Assembly: GCF_009914755.1 (NCBI RefSeq)
Contig: NC_060926.1
Direction: 5' to 3' (one strand)
Source: the human T2T-CHM13v2.0 reference genome, Homo sapiens
DNA length: 64,000 nt
The notes beneath the pieces were generated by a model. It saw only the letters and a list, made by a program, of their open reading frames with translations, searched no databases and was not told the DNA's origin. This document shows positions 1-13,500 of the stretch, one piece after another (the stretch's first letter is position 1; every line of letters begins with the position of its first letter). Both the position numbers and the translations under genes were made by a program.

Positions 1-33
1 ATCTGTATGTGGACATTTGGAGCGCTTTCAGGC

Positions 34-50
34 CTATGGTGAAAAAGGAA
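34..50 (+). promoter_or_regulatory. pJalpha-type box of A monomers (representative)
   Basis: CTATGGTGAAAAAGGAA sits at the position homologous to the CENP-B box, 171 bp upstream of the box at 205. Confidence 0.8.
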
Positions 51-78
51 ATATCTTCCCCTGAAAACTAGACAGAAG

Positions 79-249
79 CATTCTCAGAAACTTATTTGTG
101 ATGTGCGCCCTCAACTAACAGTGTTGAAGCTTTCTTTTGATAGAGCAGTTTTGAAACACTCTTTTTGTAATATCTGCAAGAGGATATTTGGATAGCTTTG
201 AGGATTTCGTTGGAAACGGGATTGTCTTCATATAAACTCCAGACAGAAG
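79..249 (+). repeat. Monomer 1, 171 bp, B-type (CENP-B box) - representative copy
   Basis: Contains TTTCGTTGGAAACGGGA at 205-221, followed by TTGTCTTCATATAAACT. Confidence 0.93.
205..221 (+). promoter_or_regulatory. CENP-B box (first of roughly 188 box positions, one per 338-342 bp)
   Basis: TTTCGTTGGAAACGGGA is an exact match to the 17-bp consensus YTTCGTTGGAARCGGGA. It is present in monomers 1 and 3 throughout the window. Confidence 0.97.
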
Positions 250-420
250 CATTCTCAGAAGCTTCATTGGGATGTTTCAGTTGAAGTCACAGTGTTGAAC
301 AGTCCCTTTCATAGAGCAGGTTTGAAACACTCTTTTTGTAGTATCTGGAAGTGGACATTTGGAGCGCTCTCAGGACTGCGGTGAAAAAGGAAATATCTTC
401 CAATAAAAGCTAGATAGAAG
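250..420 (+). repeat. Monomer 2, 171 bp, A-type (degenerate pJalpha site) - representative copy
   Basis: Has CTGCGGTGAAAAAGGAA at the box-equivalent position and ends CCAATAAAAGCTAGATAGAAG. Confidence 0.9.
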
Positions 421-586
421 CAATGTCAGAAACTTTTTCATGATGTATCTACTCAGCTAACAGAGTTGAACCTTCCTTTGAGAGAGCAGTTTTGAAACAC
501 TCTTTTTGTGGAATCTGCAAGTGGATATTTGTCTAGCTTTGAGGATTGCGTTGGAAACGGGATTACATATAAAAAGCAGACAGCAG
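421..586 (+). repeat. Monomer 3, 166 bp here (167 bp in 680-bp units), B-type - representative copy
   Basis: The box is followed by TTACATATAAAAAGCAG, 4 bp shorter than in monomer 1. This copy carries the AACCTTCCTTTG 1-bp-short allele and a TTGCG box mutation. Confidence 0.9.
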
Positions 587-757
587 CATTCCCAGAAACT
601 TCTTTGTGATGTTTGCATTCAAGTCACACAGTTGAACATTCCCTTTCACAGAGCAGGTTTGAAACACTCTTTTTGTAGTATCTGGATGTGGACATTTGGA
701 GCGCTTTCAGGCCTATGGTGAAAACGGAAATATCTTCCCCTGAAAACTAGACAGAAG
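587..757 (+). repeat. Monomer 4, 171 bp, A-type (pJalpha site) - representative copy
   Basis: Has CTATGGTGAAAA(A/C)GGAA at the box-equivalent position and ends CCCCTGAAAACTAGACAGAAG. Confidence 0.9.
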
Positions 758-2115
758 CATTCTCAGAATCTTATTTGTGATGTGCGCCCTCAACTAACAG
801 TGTTGAAGCTTTCTTTTGATAGAGCAGTTTTGAAACACTCTTTTTGTAAAATCTGCAAGAGGATATTTGGATAGCTTTGAGGATTTCGTTGGAAACGGGA
901 TTGTCTTCATATAAACTCTAGTCAGAAGCATTCTCAGAAGCTTCATTGGGATGTTTCAATTGAAGTCACAGTGTTGAACAGTCCCTTTCATAGAGCAGGT
1001 TTGAAACACTCTTTTTGTAGTATCTGGAAGTGGACATTTGGAGCGCTCTCAGACTGCGGTGAAAAAGGAAATATCTTCCAATAAAAGCTACATAGAAGCA
1101 ATGTCAGAATCTTTTTCATGATGTGTCTACTCAGCTAACAGAGTTGAACCTTCCTTTGAGAGAGCAGTTTTGAAACACTCTTTTTGTGGAATCTGCAAGT
1201 GGATATTTGTCTAGCTTTGAGGATTTCGTTGGAAACGGGATTACATATAAAAAGCAGACAGCAGCATTCCCAGAAACTTCTTTGTGATATTTGCATTCAA
1301 GTCACAGAGTTGAACATTCCCTTTCATAGAGCAGGTTTGAAACACTCTTTTTGTAGTATCTGGATGTGGACATTTGGAGCGCTTTCAGGCCTATGGTGAA
1401 AACGGAAATATCTTCCCCTGAAAACTAGACAGAAGCATTCTCAGAATCTTATTTGTGATGTGCGCCCTCAACTAACAGTGTTGAAGCTTTCTTTTGATAG
1501 AGCAGTTTTGAAACACTCTTTTTGTAAAATCTGCAAGAGGATATTTGGATAGCTTTGAGGATTTCGTTGGAAACGGGATTGTCTTCATATAAACTCTAGA
1601 CAGAAGCATTCTCAGAAGCTTCATTGGGATGTTTCAGTTGAAGTCACAGTGTTGAACAGTCCCTTTCATAGAGCAGGTTTGAAACACTCTTTTTGTAGTA
1701 TCTGGAAGTGGACATTTGGAGTGCTCTCAGGACTGCGGTGAAAAAGGAAGTATCTTCCAATAAAAGCTACATAGAAGCAATGTCAGAAACTTTTTCGTGA
1801 AGTATCTACTCAGCTAACAGAGTTGAACCTTTCTTTTGAGAGAGCAGTTTTGAAACACTCTTTTTGTGGAATCTGCAAGTGGATATTTGTCTAGCTTTGA
1901 GGATTTCGTTGGAAACGGGATTACATATAAAAAGCAGACAGCAGCATTCCCAGAAACTTCTTTGTGATGTTTGCATTCAAGTCACACAGTTGAACATTCC
2001 CTTTCATAGAGCAGGTTTGAAACACTCTTTTTGTAGTATCTGGATGTGGACATTTGGAGCGCTTTCAGGCCTATGGTGAAAAAGGAAATATCTTCTCCTG
2101 AAAACTAGACAGAAG

Positions 2116-2457
2116 CATTCTCAGAATCTTATTTGTGATGTGCGCCCTCAACTAACAGTGTTGAAGCTTTCTTTTGATAGAGCAGTTTTGAAACACTCTT
2201 TTCGTAAAATCTGCAAGAGGATATTTTGATAGCTTTCAGGATTTCGTTGGAAACGGGATTGTCTTCATATAAACTCTAGACAGAAGCATTCTCAGAAGCT
2301 TCATTGGGATGTTTCAATTGAAGTCACAGTGTTGAACAGTCCCTTTGATAGAGCAGGTTTGAAACACTCTTTTTGTAGTATCTGGATGTGGACATTTGCA
2401 GCGCTTTCAGGCATAAGGTGAAAAAGGAAATATCTTCCCCTGAAAACTAGACAGAAG
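2116..2457 (+). repeat. 342-bp dimer structural variant (monomer 1 + hybrid 2/4)
   Basis: A monomer 2 start is joined to a monomer 4 end. ORF spacing here is 1021 bp instead of 680. Confidence 0.9.
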
Positions 2458-3783
2458 CATTCTCAGAAACTTATTTGTGATGTGCGCCCTCAACTAACAG
2501 TGTGGAAGCTTTCTTTTGATAGAGCAGTTTTGAAACACTCTTTTTGTAATATCTGCAAGAGGATATTTGGATAGCTTTGAGGATTTCGTTGGAAACGGGA
2601 TTGTCTTCATATAAACTCTAGACAGAAGCATTCCCAGAAGCTTCATTGGGATGTTTCAATTGAAGTCACAGTGTTGAACAGTCCCTTTCATAGAGCAGGT
2701 TTGAAACACTCTTTTTGTAGTATCTGGAAGTGGACATTTGGAACGCTCTCAGGACTGCGTTGAAAAAGGAAATATCTTCCAATAAAAGCTAGATAGAAGC
2801 AATGTCAGAAACTTTTTCATGATGTATCTACTCAGCTAACAGAGTTGAACCTTCATTTGAGAGAGCAGTTTTGAAACACTCGTTTTGTGGAATCTGCAAG
2901 TGGATATTTGTCTAGCTTTGAGGATTTCGTTGGAAACGGGATTACATATAAAAAGCAGACAGCAGCATTCCCAGAAACTTCTTTGTGGTGTTTGCATTCA
3001 AGTCACAGAGTTGAACATTCCCTTTCATAGAGCAGGTTTGAAACACTCTTTTTGTAGTATCTGGATGTGGACATTTGGAGCGCTTTCAGGCCTATGGTGA
3101 AAAAGGAAATATCTTCCCCTGAAAACTAGACAGAAGCATTCTCAGAATCTTATTTGTGATGTGCGCCCTCAACTAACAGTGTTGAAGCTTTCTTTTGATA
3201 GAGCAGTTTTGAAACACTCTTTTTGTAAAATCTGCAAGAGGATATTTGGATAGCTTTGAGGATTTCGTTGGAAACGGGATTGTCTTCATATAAACTCCAG
3301 ACAGAAGCATTCTCAGAAGCTTCATTGGGATGTTTCAGTTGAAGTCACAGTGTTGAACAGTCCCTTTCATAGAGCAGGTTTGAAACACTCTTTTTGTAGT
3401 ATCTGGAAGTGGACATTTGGAGCGCTCTCAGGACTGCGGTGAAAAAGGAAATATCTTCCAATAAAAGCTAGATAGAAGCAATGTCAGAAACTTTTTCATG
3501 ATGTATCTACTCAGCTAACAGAGTTGAACCTTCCTTTGAGAGAGCAGTTTTGAAACACTCTTTTTGTGGAATCTGCAAGTGGATATTTGTCTAGCTTTGA
3601 GGATTTCGTTGGAAACGGGATTACATATAAAAAGCAGACAGCAGCATTCCCAGAAACTTCTTTGTGATATTTGCATTCAAGTCACAGAGTTGAACATTCC
3701 CTTTCATAGAGCAGGTTTGAAACACTCTTTTTGTAGTATCTGGATGTGGACATTTGGAGCGCTTTCAGGCCTATGGTGAAAAC

Positions 3784-6700
3784 GGAAATATCTTCCCCTG
3801 AAAACTAGACAGAAGCATTCTCAGAATCTTATTTGTGATGTGCGCCCTCAACTAACAGTGTTGAAGCTTTCTTTTGATAGAGCAGTTTTGAAACACTCTT
3901 TTTGTAAAATCTGCAAGAGGATATTTGGATAGCTTTGAGGATTTCGTTGGAAACGGGATTGTCTTCATATAAACTCTAGACAGAAGCATTCTCAGAAGCT
4001 TCATTGGGATGTTTCAATTGAAGTCACAGTGTTGAACAGTCCCTTTCATAGAGCAGGTTTGAAACACTCTTTTTGTAGTATCTGGATGTGGACATTTCGA
4101 GCGCTTTCAGGCCTATGGTGAAAAAGGAAATATCTTCCCCTGAAAACTAGACAGAAGCATTCTCAGAAACTTATTTGTGATGTGCGCCCTCAACTAACAG
4201 TGTTGAAGCTTTCTCTTGATAGAGCAGTTTTGAAACACTCTTTTTGTGGAATCTGCACGTGGATATTTGTCTAGCTTTGAGGATTTCGTTGGAAACGGGA
4301 TTACATATAAAAAGCAGACAGCAGCATTCCCAGAATCTTCTTTGTGATGTTTGCATTCAAGTCACAGAGTTGAACATTCCCTTTCATAGAGCAGGTTTGA
4401 AACACTCTTTTTATAGTATCTGGATGTGGACATTTGGAGCGCTTTCAGGCCTATGGTGAAAAAGGAAATATATTCTCCTGAAAACTAGACAGAAGCATTC
4501 TCAGAATCTTATTTGTGATGTGCGCCCTCAACTAACAGTGTTGAAGCTTTCTTTTGATAGAGCAGTTTTGAAACACTCTTTTTGTAAAATCTGCAAGAGG
4601 ATATTTGGATAGCTTTGAGGATTTCGTTGGAAACGGGATTGTCTTCATATAAACTCTAGACAGAAGCATTCTCAGAAGCTTCATTGGGATGTTTCAATTG
4701 AAGTCACAGTGTTGAACAGTCCCTTTCATAGAGCAGGTTTGAAACACTCTTTTTGTAGTATCTGGAAGTGGACATTTGGAGCGCTCTCAGGACTACGGTG
4801 AAAAAGGAAGTATCTTCCAATAAAAGCTAGATAGAAGCAATGTCAGAAACTTTTTCATGATGTATCTACTCAGCAAACAGAGTTGAACCTTTCTTTTGAG
4901 AGAGCAGTTTTGAAACACTCTTTTTGTGGAATCTGCAAGTGGATATTTGTCTAGCTTTGAGGATTTCGTTGGAAACGGGATTACATATAAAAAGCAGACA
5001 GCAGCATTCCCAGAAACTTCTTTGTGATGTTTGCATTCAAGTCACACAGTTGAACATTCCCTTTCATAGAGCAGGTTTGAAACACTCTTTTTGTAGTATC
5101 TGTATGTGGACATTTGGAGCGCTTTCAGGTCTATGGTGAAAAAGGAAATATCTTCCCCTGAAAACTAGACAGAAGCATTCTCAGAAACTTATTTGTGATG
5201 TGCGCCCTCAACTAACACTGTTGAACCTTTCTTTTGATAGAGCAGTTTTGAAACACTCTTTTTGTAATATCTGCAAGAGGATATTTGGATAGCTTTGAGG
5301 ATTTCGTTGGAAACGGGATTGTCTTCATATAAACTCTAGACAGAAGCATTCTCAGAAGCTTCATTGGGATGTTTCAATTGAAGTCACAGTGTTGAACAGT
5401 CCCTTTCATAGAGCAGGTTTGAAACACTCTTTTTGTAGTATCTGGAAGTGGACATTTGGAGAGATCTCAGGAATACGGTGATAAAGGAAATATCTTCCAA
5501 TAAAAGCTAGATAGAAGCAATGTCAGAAACTTTTTCATGACGTATCTACTCAGCTAACAGAGTTGAACCTTTCTTTTGAGAGAGCAGTTTTGAAACACTC
5601 TTTTTGTGGAATCTGCAAGTGGATATTTGTCTAGCTTTGAGGATTTCGTTTGAAACGGGATTACATATAAAAAGCAGACAGCAGCATTCCCAGAAACTTC
5701 TTTGTGAAGTTTGCATTGAAGTCACAGAGTTGAACATTCCCTTTCATAGAGCAGGTTTGAAACACTCTTTTTGTAGTATCTGTATGTGGACATTTGGAGC
5801 GCTTTCAGGCCTATGGTGAAAAAGGAAATATCTTCCCCTGAAAACTAGACAGAAGCATTCTCAGAAACTTATTTGTGATGTGCGCCCTCAACTAACAGTG
5901 TTGAAGCTTTCTTTTGATAGAGCAGTTTTGAAACACTCTTTTTGTAATATCTGCAAGAGGATATTTGGATAGCTTTGAGGATTTCGTTGGAAACGGGATT
6001 GTCTTCATATAAACTCTAGACAGAAGCATTCTCAGAAGCTTCATTGGGATGTTTCAATTGAAGTCACAGTGTTGAACAGTCCCTTTCATAGAGCAGGTTT
6101 GAAACACTCTTTTTGTAGTATCTGGAAGTGGACATTTGGAGCGCTCTCAGGACTACGGTGAAAAAGGAAATATCTTCCAATAAAAGCTAGATAGAAGCAA
6201 TGTCAGAAACTTTTTCATGATGTATCTACTCAGCTAACAGAGTTGAACCTTTCTTTTGAGAGAGCAGTTTTGAAACACTCTTTTTGTGGAATCTGCAAGT
6301 GGATATTTGTCTAGCTTTGAGGATTTCGTTGGAAACGGGATTACATATAAAAACCAGACAGCAGCATTCCCAGAATCTTCTTTGTGATGTTTGCATTCAA
6401 GTCACAGAGTTGAACATTCCCTTTCATAGAGCAGGTTTGAAACACTCTTTTTGTAGTATCTGGATGTGGACATTTGGAGCGCTTTCAGGCCTATGGTGAA
6501 AAAGGAAATATCTTCCCCTGAAAACTAGACAGAAGCATTCTCAGAATCTTATTTGTGATGTGCGCCCTCAACTAACAGTGTTGAAGCTTTCTTTTGATAG
6601 AGCAGTTTTGAAACACTCTTTTTGTAAAATCTGCAAGAGGATATTTGGATAGCTTTGAGGATTTCGTTGGAAACGGGATTGTCTTCATATAAACTCTAGA

Positions 6701-9700
6701 CAGAAGCATTCTCAGAAGCTTCATTGGGATGTTTCAGTTGAAGTCACAGTGTTGAACAGTCCCTTTCATAGAGCAGGTTTGAAACACTCTTTTTGTAGTA
6801 TCTGGAAGTGGACATTTGGAGCGCTCTCAGGACTGCGGTGAAAAAGGAAATATCTTCCAATAAAAGCTAGATAGAAGCAATGTCAGAAACTTTTTCATGA
6901 TGTATCTACTCAGCTAACAGAGTTGAACCTTCCTTTGAGAGAGCAGTTTTGAAACACTCTTTTTGTGGAATCTGCAAGTGGATATTTGTCTAGCTTTGAG
7001 GATTGCGTTGGAAACGGGATTACATATAAAAAGCAGACAGCAGCATTCCCAGAAACTTCTTTGTGATGTTTGCATTCAAGTCACAGAGTTGAACATTCCC
7101 TTTCATAGAGCAGGTTTGAAACACTCTTTTTGTAGTATCTGGATGTGGACATTTGGAGCGCTTTCAGGCCTATGGTGAAAAAGGAAATATCTTCCCCTGA
7201 AAACTAGACAGAAGCATTCTCAGAATCTTATTTGTGATGTGCGCCCTCAACTAACAGTGTTGAAGCTTTCTTTTGATAGAGCAGTTTTGAAACACTCTTT
7301 TTGTAAAATCTGCAAGAGGATATTTGGATAGCTTTGAGGATTTCGTTGGAAACGGGATTGTCTTCATATAAACTCTAGACAGAAGCATTCTCAGAAGCTT
7401 CATTGGGATGTTTCAATTGAAGTCACAGTGTTGAACAGTCCCTTTCATAGAGCAGGTTTGAAACACTCTTTTTGTAGTATCTGGATGTGGACATTTCGAG
7501 CGCTTTCAGGCCTATGGTGAAAAAGGAAATATCTTCCCCTGAAAACTAGACAGAAGCATTCTCAGAAACTTATTTGTGATGTGCGCCCTCAACTAACAGT
7601 GTTGAAGCTTTCTCTTGATAGAGCAGTTTTGAAACACTCTTTTTGTGGAATCTGCACGTGGATATTTGTCTAGCTTTGAGGATTTCGTTGGAAACGGGAT
7701 TACATATAAAAAGCAGACAGCAGCATTCCCAGAATCTTCTTTGTGATGTTTGCATTCAAGTCACAGAGTTGAACATTCCCTTTCATAGAGCAGGTTTGAA
7801 ACACTCTTTTTATAGTATCTGGATGTGGACATTTGGAGCGCTTTCAGGCCTATGGTGAAAAAGGAAATATATTCTCCTGAAAACTAGACAGAAGCATTCT
7901 CAGAATCTTATTTGTGATGTGCGCCCTCAACTAACAGTGTTGAAGCTTTCTTTTGATAGAGCAGTTTTGAAACACTCTTTTTGTAAAATCTGCAAGAGGA
8001 TATTTGGATAGCTTTGAGGATTTCGTTGGAAACGGGATTGTCTTCATATAAACTCTAGACAGAAGCATTCTCAGAAGCTTCATTGGGATGTTTCAATTGA
8101 AGTCACAGTGTTGAACAGTCCCTTTCATAGAGCAGGTTTGAAACACTCTTTTTGTAGTATCTGGAAGTGGACATTTGGAGCGCTCTCAGGACTACGGTGA
8201 AAAAGGAAGTATCTTCCAATAAAAGCTACATAGAAGCAATGTCAGAAACTTTTTCATGATGTATCTACTCAGCAAACAGAGTTGAACCTTTCTTTTGAGA
8301 GAGCAGTTTTGAAACACTCTTTTTGTGGAATCTGCAAGTGGATATTTGTCTAGCTTTGAGGATTTCGTTGGAAACGGGATTACATATAAAAAGCAGACAG
8401 CAGCATTCCCAGAAACTTCTTTGTGATGTTTGCATTCAAGTCACACAGTTGAACATTCCCTTTCATAGAGCAGGTTTGAAACACTCTTTTTGTAGTATCT
8501 GTATGTGGACATTTGGAGCGCTTTCAGGTCTATGGTGAAAAAGGAAATATCTTCCCCTGAAAACTAGACAGAAGCATTCTCAGAAACTTATTTGTGATGT
8601 GCGCCCTCAACTAACACTGTTGAACCTTTCTTTTGATAGAGCAGTTTTGAAACACTCTTTTTGTAATATCTGCAAGAGGATATTTGGATAGCTTTGAGGA
8701 TTTCGTTGGAAACGGGATTGTCTTCATATAAACTCTAGACAGAAGCATTCTCAGAAGCTTCATTGGGATGTTTCAATTGAAGTCACAGTGTTGAACAGTC
8801 CCTTTCATAGAGCAGGTTTGAAACACTCTTTTTGTAGTATCTGGAAGTGGACATTTGGAGAGATCTCAGGAATACGGTGATAAAGGAAATATCTTCCAAT
8901 AAAAGCTAGATAGAAGCAATGTCAGAAACTTTTTCATGACGTATCTACTCAGCTAACAGAGTTGAACCTTTCTTTTGAGAGAGCAGTTTTGAAACACTCT
9001 TTTTGTGGAATCTGCAAGTGGATATTTGTCTAGCTTTGAGGATTTCGTTTGAAACGGGATTACATATAAAAAGCAGACAGCAGCATTCCCAGAAACTTCT
9101 TTGTGAAGTTTGCATTGAAGTCACAGAGTTGAACATTCCCTTTCATAGAGCAGGTTTGAAACACTCTTTTTGTAGTATCTGTATGTGGACATTTGGAGCG
9201 CTTTCAGGCCTATGGTGAAAAAGGAAATATCTTCCCCTGAAAACTAGACAGAAGCATTCTCAGAAACTTATTTGTGATGTGCGCCCTCAACTAACAGTGT
9301 TGAAGCTTTCTTTTGATAGAGCAGTTTTGAAACACTCTTTTTGTAATATCTGCAAGAGGATATTTGGATAGCTTTGAGGATTTCGTTGGAAACGGGATTG
9401 TCTTCATATAAACTCTAGACAGAAGCATTCTCAGAAGCTTCATTGGGATGTTTCAATTGAAGTCACAGTGTTGAACAGTCCCTTTCATAGAGCAGGTTTG
9501 AAACACTCTTTTTGTAGTATCTGGAAGTGGACATTTGGAGCGCTCTCAGGACTACGGTGAAAAAGGAAATATCTTCCAATAAAAGCTAGATAGAAGCAAT
9601 GTCAGAAACTTTTTCATGATGTATCTACTCAGCTAACAGAGTTGAACCTTTCTTTTGAGAGAGCAGTTTTGAAACACTCTTTTTGTGGAATCTGCAAGTG

Positions 9701-10580
9701 GATATTTGTCTAGCTTTGAGGATTTCGTTGGAAACGGGATTACATATAAAAACCAGACAGCAGCATTCCCAGAATCTTCTTTGTGATGTTTGCATTCAAG
9801 TCACAGAGTTGAACATTCCCTTTCATAGAGCAGGTTTGAAACACTCTTTTTGTAGTATCTGGATGTGGACATTTGGAGCGCTTTCAGGCCTATGGTGAAA
9901 AAGGAAATATCTTCCCCTGAAAACTAGACAGAAGCATTCTCAGAATCTTATTTGTGATGTGCGCCCTCAACTAACAGTGTTGAAGCTTTCTTTTGATAGA
10001 GCAGTTTTGAAACACTCTTTTTGTAAAATCTGCAAGAGGATATTTGGATAGCTTTGAGGATTTCGTTGGAAACGGGATTGTCTTCATATAAACTCTAGAC
10101 AGAAGCATTCTCAGAAGCTTCATTGGGATGTTTCAGTTGAAGTCACAGTGTTGAACAGTCCCTTTCATAGAGCAGGTTTGAAACACTCTTTTTGTAGTAT
10201 CTGGAAGTGGACATTTGGAGCGCTCTCAGGACTGCGGTGAAAAAGGAAATATCTTCCAATAAAAGCTAGATAGAAGCAATGTCAGAAACTTTTTCATGAT
10301 GTATCTACTCAGCTAACAGAGTTGAACCTTCCTTTGAGAGAGCAGTTTTGAAACACTCTTTTTGTGGAATCTGCAAGTGGATATTTGTCTAGCTTTGAGG
10401 ATTGCGTTGGAAACGGGATTACATATAAAAAGCAGACAGCAGCATTCCCAGAAACTTCTTTGTGATGTTTGCATTCAAGTCACAGAGTTGAACATTCCCT
10501 TTCATAGAGCAGGTTTGAAACACTCTTTTTGTAGTATCTGGATGTGGACATTTGGAGCGCTTTCAGGCCTATGGTGAAAA
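3784..10580 (+). repeat. Tandem duplication of a 5-HOR block, period 3399 bp
   Basis: The same order of diagnostic variants appears in units at ORFs 4244/4924/5604/6284/6963 and 7643/8323/9003/9683/10362. Confidence 0.9.
3816..4495 (+). repeat. Length-neutral double-hybrid HOR (1 - 2/4 - 1/3 - 4), first of about 14 copies
   Basis: The end of monomer 2 and start of monomer 3 are replaced by the end of monomer 4 and start of monomer 1. The unit is still 680 bp. Confidence 0.9.
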
Positions 10581-13500
10581 CGGAAATATCTTCCCCTGAA
10601 AACTAGACAGAAGCATTCTCAGAATCTTATTTGTGATGTGCGCCCTCAACTAACAGTGTTGAAGCTTTCTTTTGATAGAGCAGTTTTGAAACACTCTTTT
10701 TGTAAAATCTGCAAGAGGATATTTGGATAGCTTTGAGGATTTCGTTGGAAACGGGATTGTCTTCATATAAACTCTAGTCAGAAGCATTCTCAGAAGCTTC
10801 ATTGGGATGTTTCAATTGAAGTCACAGTGTTGAACAGTCCCTTTCATAGAGCAGGTTTGAAACACTCTTTTTGTAGTATCTGGAAGTGGACATTTGGAGC
10901 GCTCTCAGGACTGCGGTGAAAAAGGAAATATCTTCCAATAAAAGCTACATAGAAGCAATGTCAGAATCTTTTTCATGATGTGTCTACTCAGCTAACAGAG
11001 TTGAACCTTCCTTTGAGAGAGCAGTTTTGAAACACTCTTTTTGTGGAATCTGCAAGTGGATATTTGTCTAGCTTTGAGGATTTCGTTGGAAACGGGATTA
11101 CATATAAAAAGCAGACAGCAGCATTCCCAGAAACTTCTTTGTGATGTTTGCATTCAAGTCACAGAGTTGAACATTCCCTTTCATAGAGCAGGTTTGAAAC
11201 ACTCTTTTTGTAGTATCTGGATGTGGACATTTGGAGCGCTTTCAGGCCTATGGTGAAAAAGGAAATATCTTCCCCTGAAAACTAGACAGAAGCATTCTCA
11301 GAATCTTATTTGTGATGTGCGCCCTCAACTAACAGTGTTGAAGCTTTCTTTTGATAGAGCAGTTTTGAAACACTCTTTTTGTAAAATCTGCAAGAGAATA
11401 TTTGGATAGCTTTGAGGATTTCGTTGGAAACGGGATTGTCTTCATATAAACTCTAGACAGAAGCATTCTCAGAAGCTTCATTGGGATGTTTCAATTGAAG
11501 TCACAGTGTTGAACAGTCCCTTTCATAGAGCAGGTTTGAAACACTCTTTTTGTAGTATCTGGAAGTGGACATTTGGAGCGCTCTCAGGACTGCGGTTAAA
11601 AAGGAAATATCTTCCAATAAAAGCTACATAGAAGCAATGTCAGAATCTTTTTCATGATGTGTCTACTCAGCTAACAGAGTTGAACCTTCCTTTGAGAGAG
11701 CAGTTTTGAAACACTCTTTTTGTGGAATCTGCAAGTGGATATTTGTCTAGCTTTGAGGATTTCGTTGGAAACGGGATTACATATAAAAAGCAGACAGCAG
11801 CATTCCCAGAAACTTCTTTGTGATGTTTGCATTCAAGTCACAGAGTTGAACATTCCCTTTCATAGAGCAGGTTTGAAACACTCTTTTTGTAGTATCTGGA
11901 TGTGGACATTTGGAGCGCTTTCAGGCCTATGGTGAAAACGGAAATATCTTCCCCTGAAAACTAGACAGAAGCATTCTCAGAATCTTATTTGTGATGTGCG
12001 CCCTCAACTAACAGTGTTGAAGCTTTCTTTTGATAGAGCAGTTTTGAAACACTCTTTTTGTAAAATCTGCAAGAGGATATTTGGATAGCTTTGAGGATTT
12101 CGTTGGAAACGGGATTGTCTTCATATAAACTCTAGACAGAAGCATTCTCAGAAGCTTCATTGGGATGTTTCAATTGAAGTCACAGTGTTGAACAGTCCCT
12201 TTCATAGAGCAGGTTTGAAACACTCTTTTTGTAGTATCTGGATGTGGACATTTCGAGCGCTTTCAGGCCTATGGTGAAAAAGGAAATATCTTCCCCTGAA
12301 AACTAGACAGAAGCATTCTCAGAAACTTATTTGTGATGTGCGCCCTCAACTAACAGTGTTGAAGCTTTCTCTTGATAGAGCAGTTTTGAAACACTCTTTT
12401 TGTGGAATCTGCACGTGGATATTTGTCTAGCTTTGAGGATTTCGTTGGAAACGGGATTACATATAAAAAGCAGACAGCAGCATTCCCAGAATCTTCTTTG
12501 TGATGTTTGCATTCAAGTCACAGAGTTGAACATTACCTTTCATAGAGCAGGTTTGAAACACTCTTTTTATAGTATCTGGATGTGGACATTTGGAGCGCTT
12601 TCAGGCCTATGGTGAAAAAGGAAATATATTCTCCTGAAAACTAGACAGAAGCATTCTCAGAATCTTATTTGTGATGTGCGCCCTCAACTAACAGTGTTGA
12701 AGCTTTCTTTTGATAGAGCAGTTTTGAAACACTCTTTTTGTAAAATCTGCAAGAGGATATTTGGATAGCTTTGAGGATTTCGTTGGAAACGGGATTGTCT
12801 TCATATAAACTCTAGACAGAAGCATTCTCAGAAGCTTCATTGGGATGTTTCAATTGAAGTCACAGTGTTGAACAGTCCCTTTCATAGAGCAGGTTTGAAA
12901 CACTCTTTTTGTAGTATCTGGAAGTGGACATTTGGAGCGCTCTCAGGACTACGGTGAAAAAGGAAGTATCTTCCAATAAAAGCTAGATAGAAGCAATGTC
13001 AGAAACTTTTTCATGATGTATCTACTCAGCAAACAGAGTTGAACCTTTCTTTTGAGAGAGCAGTTTTGAAACACTCTTTTTGTGGAATCTGCAAGTGGAT
13101 ATTTGTCTAGCTTTGAGGATTTCGTTGGAAACGGGATTACATATAAAAAGCAGACAGCAGCATTCCCAGAAACTTCTTTGTGATGTTTGCATTCAAGTCA
13201 CACAGTTGAACATTCCCTTTCATAGAGCAGGTTTGAAACACTCTTTTTGTAGTATCTGTATGTGGACATTTGGAGCGCTTTCAGGTCTATGGTGAAAAAG
13301 GAAATATCTTCCCCTGAAAACTAGACAGAAGCATTCTCAGAAACTTATTTGTGATGTGCGCCCTCAACTAACACTGTTGAACCTTTCTTTTGATAGAGCA
13401 GTTTTGAAACACTCTTTTTGTAATATCTGCAAGAGGATATTTGGATAGCTTTGAGGATTTCGTTGGAAACGGGATTGTCTTCATATAAACTCTAGACAGA

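Larger units (their letters stand above)
79..757 (+). repeat. First complete HOR unit (679-bp variant): monomers 1-2-3-4
   Basis: Monomer starts are at 79 (cattctcagaaacttattt), 250 (cattctcagaagcttcatt), 421 (caatgtcagaaacttttt) and 587 (cattcccagaaacttctt). The next monomer 1 begins at 758. Confidence 0.95.

Noticed and set aside
402-407. AATAAA in monomer 2 and TATAAA after each CENP-B box as poly(A) or TATA signals
   Set aside because: These short AT-rich motifs are fixed parts of the monomer consensus. The sequence alone gives no evidence of transcriptional use.
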